A stretch of DNA of 64,000 nucleotides from assembly GCA_012295275.1 (NCBI GenBank), contig CM022669.1, forward strand, positions 19,034,001 to 19,098,000. The letters run 5' to 3'. This document shows, in pieces, positions 13,448-25,975 of the stretch; positions within the stretch are counted from its first letter, which is position 1, and every line of letters begins with the position of its first letter. Origin of the DNA: Chrysomallon squamiferum (Eukaryota; Animalia; Mollusca). The notes under the pieces are model-generated. The model searched no databases. It saw only the letters and a list, made by a program, of their open reading frames with translations, and had not been told where the DNA came from. The position numbers and the translations under genes are program-made.

Positions 13448-14950
13448 ATGGGTATGATTACTTCATACTGCTTATTTGCTTTAGCCATATTATCAGTAAC
13501 ATCGGCTCAGAACAATTTAATTGACGACGTCGTCCATGCTGGTCTTAAATGTCACAACAATCCAGGTTTGGCCATTGCCGTTGTTAAAGACGGCCAAGTC
13601 GTACTGTCGCGGGGGTACGGTGTGACTGACGTAGACAGTGAAGCTTCAGTGAACAACGAGACTTTGTTTTCCATCGCCTCGAATACAAAAGCCTTCACTA
13701 CGACAGCGTTACTGAAGTTGTTGAGAAAAAGAAACGAGTAAGTGGTAGCTGTAGTAGTTGTGGTTGTTATAGTTGTAGTAGTAAAAGAGGTAGTTGTTAG
13801 AGTATTAATGGTAGTATGTTAGTCATTGTAATAATGTTCGTTGATAGTATTTAGAAGTAAAGTAGTAAGAGACCTGATAAAAGTATTTGTGTCAGTTGTA
13901 ATAGTTACTTTTACTGTCGATGTTTTATTGTATGTTTTGTTTTATAGATATATTCAACCGAATGTTTCATGCACATTTTATTTAAACGTGCATTCAAAAC
14001 ATTTTAAATGGCATAATCCACGTAGATAAATGTGAAAAGGATACTGAAAGAGGAATCTGCTCTTTTTTGACTAATAAGATATGTTTTATATGTAACAGAA
14101 AAATCTATACCATGTTGTTGATACATCATTCAGATTTTATTAGGTTATGCTTTATAAAAATAAATAAAAAATAAAGAGAATAGAAAAGAAAAAAGAAATT
14201 TATCTTCTAGAAGTACAAAAGTTGGTAGCGGATCCAATGAAGGTCATAATGATCTCAGAGTACCTCATCATGTCTTATATGTCGACCTAACACCCAAAGA
14301 TTAATAATAAATCTAAAAAAGAAATTCTGAATAGGGCGTGCTATTGTTTAAATAATCAGTTATGTTTTATACGAATGAAAATGTCTATGCGTTAGTCGTA
14401 TTAAAAGTAAAAACTTATCATACAATTAAAATACGTTTTATCTGCGCAAATGTAATCTTGTATAATGATGTATAAAATAAGAACTTTTCAGTTTCCTTTT
14501 TGCTTTTTAAATGAGAAACCTGTAACTTCCACACATTTATTAAATGATCTATCTTACGGGTTCCTCTTCAACAAATACCTCGCTATCAGTCTCTGCCAGT
14601 TCTAACATTCATTTATCGCTAAATTTAAAAATTATTCTAAATTTCAGTTTGGATATTCAGACTAAAGTTAAACAAATTCTGGGTCGTAGATTTGAATTCA
14701 GTGACTCACTAAGGACCAATTATGCGACACTCGAAGATTTGGCTGCTCACAGAATGGGCGTTCCCAGCAACAACTTCCTCAGACTCGATACTTGTCTCAC
14801 ACGAAAAAACTTAGAGAGGTAGCGTTTACTGATCGCCTGTTTGGTTTGTTACAGTTATTGTTGTTGTTACTTACATGTATATTATTATGTTTATTATTTC
14901 TTTAATTTCTTCATTCATTCGTTCATTTTCGTTCATTCTTCTTCTACTAC

Positions 14951-14982
<32 letters not shown>

Positions 14983-15007
14983 CTTCTTCTTCTTCTTCTT
15001 CTTCTTC

Positions 15008-15052
<45 letters not shown>

Positions 15053-16912
15053 GCGGTAGTAGCAGTATTGTTATTATAATTATTACGACTAATATAACAA
15101 TTATCGATGCTGCTGTTATTATTATTATTATAATTGTTGTTGTTGTTGTTGTTATTATTTGTAGACGGGTTAAGTATCTGAAAGCTATTGGTGGTTTTCG
15201 AGATAGTTTCTACTACAGTAATTTAATGTATGGACTCCTTACTGATGTCATCGAGAAAATTGAAGCAAAACGCTGGGAGGACGTCGTCCAAGATGAAATC
15301 TTCAACCCTTTGCACATGACGTCGTCCACGTTCGCCACAAGATTTAGCTTCACTGGCAACGTCGCAACACCGTATGTGTTAGAGAAAGGCGTGTTGTACA
15401 ACGCATCGATTGATTTCTTTAAGTAGGTCTTCATAATCTTTCTTTTTATTCCTGAAACGCACACACAGAGGCACACACAATATTTAAATTTCCATACCCT
15501 CACCATGTTCTTTCTTAGACGCTTTATTTTTTTATTATTTTTTTTTTTTTTTTTTTTATTTTTTTTTTTTTTTTTTTTTTTTCTAAATTCTTTGGAGCCG
15601 GAGGTAAATTATACGCGTGTATAAATTAATTTAAGATTTATTTTCCGTGATGTTCACAAAAAATCACGTAAGACTTTGTCTGCCATAAGCGTTTCTGAGT
15701 TTTGACTTCACGGAATATCCGGACCAAAACTGAGGAAAAAATATATTTTTTAAAATCACCTAATTTTAACTTACCACCATTTCCAAGCAAAGAATAAATT
15801 TTACAATTGTAACAATAACCGACCTAACCTAACAAACTTCACCCAACCCAGCCAACCTTTTTCTACTGTACATTTTTCTTTACACAGACAATATCACAGT
15901 TGATTATATTGTTTTTATGTCTGTGAATTGTTATTACATTATTATATTACTGTATCATATAGCTGTTATGTGTACAAAAGTTTAATATTTCGGTAAACTT
16001 CAGGATTAATGTTTATATTCGCGATTTCGTTGACTTTTCTATTTCAGAACCAACGCTGAAATCAAGGGTCAGCAGTACATTTAAAAAATCAAACTATTAC
16101 AGAAAGAAAAACTAGTTATAACTTTTAAAACTTTTGAAGTGCTTAACGCTATTGTAGACTGCTGTGACATTATTTTAAATCTCAGAAATTTCTGAAATAA
16201 TAATGAAGTTATATATCTGGATTTGCATTTGTCGTTTATGAATGTACCATTAAATATTCGTTAAGGCACTGGGCACTGATTGGTGGATCGGGAGCTATCG
16301 TTTCCAACGCCAACGACATGGCAAAGTGGCTGCTCTTCCACTTAGCTAAAGGTAAAAACGAGGACGGCGCGCAGGTTGTTGACGGAAAAGATTTGTTGGA
16401 GACGTACAAAGCAAGAAACACTATTCCTTTAACCAGCACCATCAACAGATACTTTCAGCGTCCGAAACTTCCCGTCACCACTAGCAACAATGGTTATGCT
16501 CTTGGCTGGAAGACTGGCTATTATAGGGGTTAGTTATTTACATGTAATTACAGAAAGACCGAGGGGTTGTTTGTTCCAATTCGTTCGCGGTAAACAAAAG
16601 TATTTTGTGACGGAGTAGCTTCCCTTGATATTTTGAGAACAACCTTTAACTTTAAACGTTCACAGTGGACAACAACTACTTTAACAAATAAAATATTTTC
16701 TCGTAACAAAACAAAACCAACAAAACATTATTTATTAAAACCATTTGAATAGCTAACAACCAATAAGCTAAAACAAGTTAACGTATTGTCAAACGAAATT
16801 AATATTTATTTTCATTCATCTTTTTATTTAAAATTAAAACAGAAAGAACAATAACTCTGCGAAGAACGTATAGTACTTATTACAGAACTATGATTTTTAT
16901 TACTTAGTAGCC

Positions 16913-16959
<47 letters not shown>

Positions 16960-17728
16960 GAACATATAAAGAATGTAAATACATGTTTCGTTTCTTATTT
17001 AGTCTACAGATTTTTTTTTTACATTATTATTTTGTTATTGATTTTTGTTTCTTTATTTTTGTTTGTTTTGTTAGATACTTGTTAATTAAACAGGTAGTTA
17101 TTTAGTTCTTAATTATTTTCTTAATATTTATTTAAATCACTTTTTAATATCTTATTATTTATTATAAATCACAGGACTCCGTATTGTTCAGCACACAGGA
17201 AGTACGTTCGGCTACCGCAGCATAATAACACTGATACCAAGTCAGAAACTGGGCATTTTCATCGTCATGAACGGAGCAGACAGCAAATACTTCTTTCGAA
17301 TGACCCTGAACAACTACCTCGCTGACGTGTACATGGGCGAGAAACCTTGGCTCAACACGACAACCATATGTACTTTCCCCAAACCTTGGTATTCTCTGAA
17401 ACGATCTACTTCTGGCAGCGGCAACCGAAAACCTGGGCGACCTCCCCACATCAGTCCTCAGGAATATATCGGAATATACCGGAACGAGGCTTACGGTATC
17501 ATCTGCGTCAACTATTACAGACAAACCGACAAGATTGAGGCCGTCTACGGCTACGGAAGATGGGTTCTGACCGTTGTCGATGACGACGTTTTCGACGGTA
17601 AATGGACTCAAGGGGCGCCGTTTATTGATGTTACTTTTAAGTTCTCGCGCACTAGTGGACTGGTTAACGGTCTTACAATACCAACTTTTGAAAAGAGATC
17701 GCCTCCCACTTTTCATCGTATCATTTAA
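13448..17728 (+). CDS. Secreted serine beta-lactamase/AmpC-fold hydrolase (gigasin-6-like family), copy A, 511 aa
   Basis: Exons 13448-13737, 14648-14818, 15165-15422, 16266-16528 and 17175-17728 total 1536 nt in frame, all GT-AG. Signal-peptide-like N-terminus; PGLAIAVVKDG..SRGYG; TLFSIASNTKAF (SxxK); TLEDLAAHRMGVP; FYYSNLMY (YxN); IFNPLHMTSS; GAIVSNANDMAKWL; YALGW; HTGSTFGY; C-terminal YIGIYRNEAYG extension. Confidence 0.93.
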
Positions 17729-17828
17729 AGAACAGTTCGCTATGGTGCGATCGTGAAGTAAATGATAATAAAGAATTAATTTTTGATTCTTAATGTTTTG
17801 AGTTTTTATTTTTTTTTTATTTTATTTT

Positions 17829-17879
17829 ATTTTAAATAAACGTGTTTTCAAAAATTTACAAAACACGTTTATTTAAAAT
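17829..17879. terminator. Perfect 20-bp inverted repeat (11-nt loop) with AATAAA on both strands; possible bidirectional poly(A) element
   Basis: attttaaataaacgtgtttt-caaaaatttac-aaaacacgtttatttaaaat. AATAAA at 17835-17840 (+) and 17868-17873 (-). Confidence 0.45.
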
Positions 17880-18072
17880 TTAAAATTAGGAAAATTCAAA
17901 TTTAGATGCTAAATTCTTATCTCCATTAGCATGAAATAAATACCAAATTAAATAGAAATCAGGCGTTGAAATTAGAAACGCATGAGGGAAAAGTAATTAT
18001 TTTATTAATATATTCAGTATCCGTAAACAGTATGGAGTAGCAGATGGTATTAATCAGTTTCTTATAAATATT

Positions 18073-18148
<76 letters not shown>

Positions 18149-18300
18149 CTTATTTATATTTATTTTATTTGTTGGTTATTTAAATTTAAATTTTTACACA
18201 GATTACGAAAAGAAACCAGATTCGTTAAACTGAATTATATATTTTTGTAATTAGCACGCTTAAAGAGTATAAGTTTGTGTTCCTCCCTTGCTCCCCAGAC

Positions 18301-18390
18301 CACAATTTTTTTTCTTTCCTTCCCTCTCTTTCATCTTTCTTTGCTCATGATGTAATGGATGAGAAACAGACTGAACAGCTGGGCCATCTC
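18301..18390 (-). pseudogene. Inverted fragment of the ARRDC penultimate exon end and adjacent intron
   Basis: The reverse complement gagatggcccagctgttcagtctgtttctcatccattacatcatgagcaaagaaagatgaaagagagggaaggaaagaaaaaaaaattgtg aligns to 4061-4159 (DGPAVQSVSHPLH vs DGPGVQPVPHPSH). The splice donor is deleted. Confidence 0.85.
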
Positions 18391-18664
18391 ATTTTTATAT
18401 TTCACTCAAATAATATTTGCTTATGCAATACATCGAGAACTCATAACTTTCATAAACTTTAACTTTAATATAAAAATTCGAAGTTGGTTTCTTTTCATGA
18501 TTTCTTTTAGAAAAAAATATATTGTTTAATTATCATTTACACTAAAAAACAAACAAATAAATAAATAAATAAATACATTAAAATTAAAATTAAAATATTC
18601 AAAACTCAAAACAATAAAACGTTAAATTGAATTTTTTATTATTATTTACTTCACTGATCGTGAA

Positions 18665-19395
18665 CTATTCGTTAATTGATACGATGAAAAGTGGGGGCGA
18701 TCTCTTTTCAAAAACCGGTATGGTAAGACTGTTAACCAGTCCACTAGTGCGCGAAAACTTAAAAGTAACATCAATAAACGGCGCCCCTTGAGTCCATTTA
18801 CCGTCGAAAACGTCGTCATCGACAACGGTCAGAACCCATTTTCCGTAACCGTAGACGGCCTCAATCTTGTCGGTTTGTCTGTAATAGTTGACGCAGATGA
18901 TACCGTAAGCCTCGTTCCGGAATTTTCCGTTATATTCCTGAGGACTGATGTGGGGAGGTCGCCCAGGTTTTCGGTTGCCGCTCCTAGAAGTGGATCGTTT
19001 CAGAGAATACCAAGGTTTGGGGAAAGTACATATGGTTGTCGTGTTGAGCCAGGGTTTCTCGCCCATGTACACGTCGGCGAGGTAGTCGTTCAGGGTCATT
19101 CGAAAGAAGTATTTGCTGTCTGCTCCGTTCATGACGATGAAAATGCCCAGTTTCTGACTTGGTATCAGTGTTATTATGCTGCGGTAGCCGAACGTAGTTC
19201 CTGTGTGCTGAACAATACGGAGTCCTGTGATTTATAATAAATAATAAGAAATCAAGACTGAATTTGAATAAATATTAAGTAAGTAAATAACTACCTGACT
19301 AATTAACAAGTAACTAACAAAACAAACAAAAATTTAAAAAAAAGATCTGTAGAAACGAAACATTTATTTACAATCTTTTTATGTTCAGTAATAAC

Positions 19396-19439
<44 letters not shown>

Positions 19440-22400
19440 GGCTACTAAGTAATAAAAACCATAGTTCTGTAATAAGTACTATACCTTCTTTGCAGAGTTA
19501 TAAATAAATATTAACTTCGTTTGAGGATACGTTAACAGGTTTTAGCTTATTGGTTGTTAGCTATTCAAATGGTTTTATAAATAATGTTTTGTTGGTTTTT
19601 GCTTTGTTACGAGAACAAAAATATTTTATTTGTTAAAGTAGTTGTTGTCCACTGTGAAAGTTTAAAGTTAAAGGTTGTTCTCAAGATATCAAGGGACGCT
19701 ACTCCGTCACAAATATTTTATTTGCGAACGAATTCGAACAAACAACCCCTCGCTCTTTCTGTAATTATATGTAAATAACTAACCCCTATAATAGCCAGTC
19801 TTCCAGCCAAGAGCATAACCATCGTTGCTAGTGGTGACGGGAAGTTTCGGGCGCTGAAAGTATCTGTTGATGGAGCTGGTTAAAGGAATAGTGTTTCTTG
19901 CTTTGTACGTCTCCAACAAATCTTTTCCGTCAACAACCTGCGCGCCGTCCTCGTTTTTACCTTTAGCTAAGTGGAAGAGCAGCCACTTTGCCATGTCGTT
20001 GGCGTTGGAAACGATAGCTCCCGATCCACCAATCAGTGCCCAGTGCCTTAACGAATATTTAATGGTACATTCATAAACGACAAATGCAAATCCAGATATA
20101 TAACTTCATTATTATTTCAGAAATTTCTGAGATTTAAGATAGTGTCACAGCAGTCTATACCAGCGTTAAGCACTTCAAAGTTTTAAAAGCTATAACTAAT
20201 TTTTCTTTCTCTAATAGTTTGATTTTTTAAATGTACTGCTGACCCTTGATTTCAGCGTTGGTTCTCAAATAGAAAAGTCCAGGAAATCGCGAAAATAAAC
20301 ATTAATACTGAACTTTATTACACATTACAGCTATATAATACAGTATTATAATAATCCACGAACAATAAACAGATATAAAAACAAGGTAAACAAATGTCAT
20401 ACAGTATGTGTAAAAAAATAAAAAAAATGTTCGGTGTAAAAATGTAGGCCAGGTTGGGTGAAGTTTGTTAGGTTAGGATGGTTATTGTTACAGTTGTAAA
20501 ATTTACTCTTTGCTTGACTGAAAGAGGGCTGAGAGAGGGTTGCTATGACCGTACAGAGGGACTCAGAATAATTTAAATAGTTTCTAGAAGTAAGGTTTCG
20601 AGTTGGAAATGGCGGTAAGTTCAAATTATGTGATTTTAAAAAATATACATATATTGTTCCCCGTTTTGGTCCGGATTTTCCGTGAACTCGACGTTCAGCG
20701 GGACTCAGAAACACTCATAGCGGACAAAGTCTTACGTGAACATCACTGAAAACAAATAAAAATCAGTGGTCAGTTGGCTTTGTATCTTTGTCTAAAGATT
20801 ATACAGATTATGAGAGCGTAGACCTCTTGCACTTTCACATAAACAAGAAAGCGTCTATGAAAAAAAAACATGAAGATACGGGATGAAACTGGAAATTTAT
20901 TTGTGTGTGCCTCTGTGTGTGCGTTTCAGGAATAAAAAGAAAGATTATGAAGACCTACTTAAAGAAATCAATCGATGCGTTGTACAACACGCCTTTCTCT
21001 AACACATACGGTATTGCGACGTTGCCGGTGAAGTTAAAACGCGTAGCGAACGTGGACGACGTCATGTGCAAAGGGTTGAAGATTTCGTCTTGGACGACGT
21101 CTTCCCAGCGTTTTGCTTCAATTTTCTCGATGACATCAGTAAGGAGTCCATACATTAAATTACTGTAGTAGAAACTATCTCGAAAACCACCAGTAGCTTT
21201 CAGATACTTAACCCGTCTACAAATAATTATAAAAATAACAACAACAACAACAACAACAACAATAATAATAATAACAGCAGCATCGATAATTGTTATATTA
21301 GTCGCAATAATAATAACAATAGTACTACTACTGCTATTGTTATTACTACTACTAACAATAAGAACAAGAGCAAGAACAACAACACCAATAATAATAATAT
21401 AAAGAAGAAGAAGAAAAAGAAGAAGAATGAATGAATGAACGAAAATGAACGAATGAATGAAGAAATTAAAGAAATAATAAACATAATAATATACATGTAA
21501 GTAACAACAACAATAACTGTAACAAACCAATCAGGCGATCAGTAAACGCTACCTCTCTAAGTTTTTTCGTGTGAGACAAGTATCGAGTCTGAGGAAGTTG
21601 TTGCTTCGAACGCCCATTCTGTGAGCAGCCAAATCTTCGAGTGTCGCATAATTGGTCCTTAGTGAGTCACTGAATTCAAATCTACGACCCAGAATTTGTT
21701 TAACTTTGGTATGAATATCCAAACTGGAATTTAGAATGATTTTTAAATTTAGCGATAAACGAACGTTAGAATTGATAGAGACTGATAGAGAGGTATTTGT
21801 TACAGAAAAAAAATCCATATCCTATTTTAATTGTAGGATTAGTTATTACTTTTTATACGACTAACACATTCGTATAAAACGTAACTGATTATTTAAACAC
21901 TAGCACGCCCTATTTAGACTTTCTTTTTAAGATTTATTATTAATCTTTGGGTGTTAGGTCGACATATAAGACATGATATGGTACTCTGAGATCATTATGA
22001 CCTTCATTGGATCCGCTACCAACTTTTGTACTTCTAGAAGATAAATTTCTTTTTTCTGTTCTATTCTCTTTATTTTTTAATTATTTTTATAAAGCATAAC
22101 TTAATAAAATCTGAATGATGTATCAACAACATGGTATAGATTTTTCTGTTACATATAAAACATATCTTATTAGTCGAAAAAGAGCAGATTCCTCTTTCAG
22201 TATCCTTTTCACATTTATCTACGTGGATTATGCCGTTTAAAATGTTTTGAATGCACGTTTAAATAAAATGTGCATGAAACATTCGGTTGAATATATCTAT
22301 AAAACAAAACATACAATAAAACATCGACAGTAAAAGTAACTATTACAACTGACGGAAATACTTTTATCAGGTCTCTTACTACTTTACTTCTAAATACTAT

Positions 22401-22787
22401 CAACGAATATTATTACAATGACTAAAATATTACTCTAACAACTACCACCTTTACTACTACAACCGTATCAACCACAACTGCTACAGCTACCACTTACTCG
22501 TTTCTTTTTCTCAACAACTTCAGTAACGCTGTCGTAGTGAAGGCTTTTGTAGTTGAGGCGATGGAAAATAAAGTCTCGTTATTCACTGAAGCTTCACTGT
22601 CTACGTCAGTCACACCGTACCCCCGCGACAGTACGACTTGGCCGTCTTTAACAACGGCAATGGCCAAACCTGGATTGCTGTGACATTTAAGACCAGCAAG
22701 GACAACGTCGTCAACTGAATTTTTCTGAGCCGATGTTACTGATAATATGGCTAAAGCAAATAAGCAGTATGAAGTAATCATACCCAT
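18665..22787 (-). CDS. Secreted serine beta-lactamase/AmpC-fold hydrolase, copy B, 513 aa (C-terminal tail frameshifted)
   Basis: Exons 22787-22498, 21723-21553, 21216-20959, 20046-19784 and 19224-18665; exons 1-4 are the same sizes as in copy A. Motifs STTK, YSN and HTG are intact. A 1-nt deletion near the end gives ..SPPLFIVSINE instead of ..SPPTFHRII. Confidence 0.9.
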
Positions 22788-23502
22788 AATCAGTATCCAC
22801 AATGAAACCTGTAGCGATAAGACACTGTGTGAATCCGCTGGTTAGAAAGTTAAGGATTATTTGAGTTTTATCTGTTCAACTGACCTAAAAACAAATCCTT
22901 TATAAGCTTATTATCATTTATGTTTAATTATAGCAACAGCTGTTTATAAACAATCAAAAACAGAAAATAGTGGTAAAAATCACAATTGTTTTAAAATTTG
23001 CTTTGTGTCTACTGCTGAAAGTGAATGTATATTTAATATTTAGGTAATTCCTATAATATTTCTGAAGATGTCCTCTTATTCATCCATCCTGTTAAACTGT
23101 TTGACGATTTTTTTTTTTTTTTTTTTATGATGAAAATGAACAGTCTAGATTTTTATATTGCAATTAATTCGTCGCTCTTCAAATCCCAGAGCAGTTCACA
23201 ATACAGATACGTCAATGCTACATTTACAATCTATTTAATTACTATACAGCAGATACAAACCTATTATTAGTAGAAACTCATGCGGCTGTAATATGAACAG
23301 CAGCATTATAATGATGTCGTCAGTAGAGTGTATATATATATATATATATATACGTGTTTTTATGAGAGAGTGCGGAGTGGTTACACACGTTTGAATGTGT
23401 GTACGAACGAGAAGTAGGTATATACGTAGGTATATACGTGTGTATGTATGAGAAAAAGAGACTATATGTGATGTTAACTTGGAATTTATTTTTGCGTGGG
23501 TG

Positions 23503-23736
23503 CAGTGGCGTGCAGAAGGGGCCCCGGGCATCCAAATGGGGAGGGCATCCAATCAGAAAAAAGAATTGAATACATTTGGTTGATTTATATTTAAATCGAA
23601 TAAAGTGTTTATTTTGATGCCATATGTGTTTACATATTCAAAATATCTTCCTTTTTCATATTTCTCAGAAATAGGGCCTTTTATTTGAGTCTTTGCGGCA
23701 TGAATCAAGGAACTGGTCAGACTCTGCAAGCCACTG
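23503..23736 (+). mobile_element. Non-autonomous hAT-like MITE, 234 bp
   Basis: TIRs CAGTGGCGTGCAGA / TCTGCAAGCCACTG; 8-bp TSD cgtgggtg (23495-23502) / cgtcggtg (23737-23744), 7 of 8 identical. A second copy lies at about 11141-11361. Confidence 0.85.
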
Positions 23737-23755
23737 CGTCGGTGAGAATATAAAG

Positions 23756-23797
<42 letters not shown>

Positions 23798-23865
23798 AAT
23801 AACAGGTATAATATGTGGAAAAGAGTTTATATTTTTATGTGAAAGACAGAGAGGTATCTATTGGT

Positions 23866-23959
<94 letters not shown>

Positions 23960-25975
23960 TGGACTTAAAGGTGTTTTCTTTGTTCTTCTCTTTAAAAAAC
24001 ACAACATACTTAAGTGTCCCCGTGGTATCAGTGTAAGAGCAACATAAAAGATCTGGTTAGCTTTTACTTACCCTCACACATATAAACCTTCTGATAGATA
24101 TAGAAAATTGGCTATTGACATAAACATTTTCTGAAATCGAGATACATCGTTTATTTCTTTATGTGGTGTATAAGTGCATGTCTGCATGTCTGTACCTAAT
24201 ATGTACGTTTTATATTGTTTAAAATCATTAAAAAAATATGTTATCAAGGAAATGGAAAGAAGAAAAAAAAAAAAAGAACTGAAAATCAGTAATTAAATAA
24301 ATGCAAGAGAGAATAAAAAATATGAATACATAAATATTTCATGCGCATATTGATAGAAATTTTTTCACTGTTTTGCGCAAAGTTATAATATTAGGAGGAA
24401 AAAAAAAAGAACGAATAGAAACAAGATATTAGTTTCAAAACTTACTAAAACAGAATTTATTTTTTGGTAATATTTTTAATTTACTTAATTAATTAATTTA
24501 TTTTATTTTTCGTTTTATTTATTTATTTATTTATATTTTTGTATTTATACTTTTTTTTTTTTGGCTTATTACCGTATTCATTATTTTTCCGTCTCTTGCA
24601 TCACAAATAGTTTAACAAAGTTTCTCCTTTCTGTGAGTAGGTACGTAAGAAAGATTTCTTGCTGCTAATCCATTAATGGAGTCCGAAAGTTAGTGAAAGC
24701 TGGTTTATTCTCTCACAATTATCATCATAGAAATAAATAACAACAAATATACAGTAATCATAATAATGATGGTAATAACAACAACAACAGCCACAAAAAA
24801 CAGTCAGAATAACTACAAAATCAATGAAAACAACAAAATAACATTATCAACAACACGATTTATTTATGTATAAAACTATAACTGATTAACGCTTTTATCT
24901 ATTCAGCAGTTATTATTATTATTTTAAATAATGATGTTAATCGATTTTTTAATACAGATAAACGATAATGAATTATTTTACGTACTTTGATGGCGCTGAG
25001 ATCTAAATTTGTTTCATTTATCTTAAGATTCTGGAAAATTATGACATGATCTAACTGCGTTTTTCTTTATTTGTTATTCGTTTGCAGAAACAAGCACACA
25101 GACACACACACACAGACACAGACACACACACAGAAAAATGTATTTTATTGTTGTTATACTACTAGTGCTGCTGCTGCTACTACTACTACTGTTATTGTTT
25201 TGTTGTTGTTATTGTTACGTTACTGTTGCTGTTATTATTATTTTTATTGTTGTTATCAATGTCTTGTTAACATAATGAGTTGATGACAAGAACAAAATAA
25301 AACGAAGAGAAATAAACAACAACACACTTAAACTATTTAGTAATCCATTTGATCAGCGTCCGCAGAATTATTTTCAAGGAGAGGAGACAAAACATGTTGA
25401 CATAATAAAATAAATGAAGTGCACTTAAATCCAGTACAAGGACGCCATCTATTGGACGATCGAGACATGACAAAGAAAGGATGTGCAAAACTTTTATGTA
25501 AAAAATATACCAATTCTGTTCAAATTATTCGTATTTTTCTTGTATTGTAATGAGGTGACATTTTTATTAGTTGTACTTCATTGTGCAGTTTTCAGTGTTT
25601 GTTTAGTTAATTCCAGTGTTTATTTATTTTAGTTAATTCCATTGTGTACTGAAGTAATTACTACTGCTGTGACTACATTACATGCGTAGCACTTAACATA
25701 TTAAACCAGAAAACAAAGTCTTGTTTGTTAATTAGACACTGAGCCGTTTTGTATTAATGAAAGATTAACCTCTAAATGAAATCATGACAGTTTTCACTCT
25801 CAAGATATGTACAATAAAAACTGGCTTTTCCAAACAGTTGGAAACAAGGTAGCTCACTGAATGTATATGTGAACTCCTGTGTCGAAAATATATTTTTCAG
25901 AACGCTGAATAGATTCGGAACTTGTTATTCTTAAACCAGTAATATTATATAACTGTGAAGTGAGCAGTACTACGA

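Larger units (their letters stand above)
12215..23985. repeat. Large inverted duplication: left arm about 12215-17810, right arm about 18590-23985, spacer about 0.8 kb
   Basis: Exons, introns and upstream DNA are reverse complements of each other. Examples: (CT)n-tctaaccaatag at 12.3 kb versus ctattggttag-(AG)n at 23.9 kb, and intron 1 at 13850-14400 versus 21840-22410, which is nearly identical. Confidence 0.95.

Noticed and set aside
17162-19237. Antisense ORFs of 184 aa (17162-17716, -) and 149 aa (18788-19237, +)
   Set aside because: They are shadows of the GC-richer last lactamase exons, with no independent motif and different start points in the two copies.
13448-22787. Bacterial contamination or recent horizontal transfer of a beta-lactamase
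   Set aside because: Four spliceosomal introns containing host-type microsatellites. An ancient transfer cannot be judged without a phylogeny.
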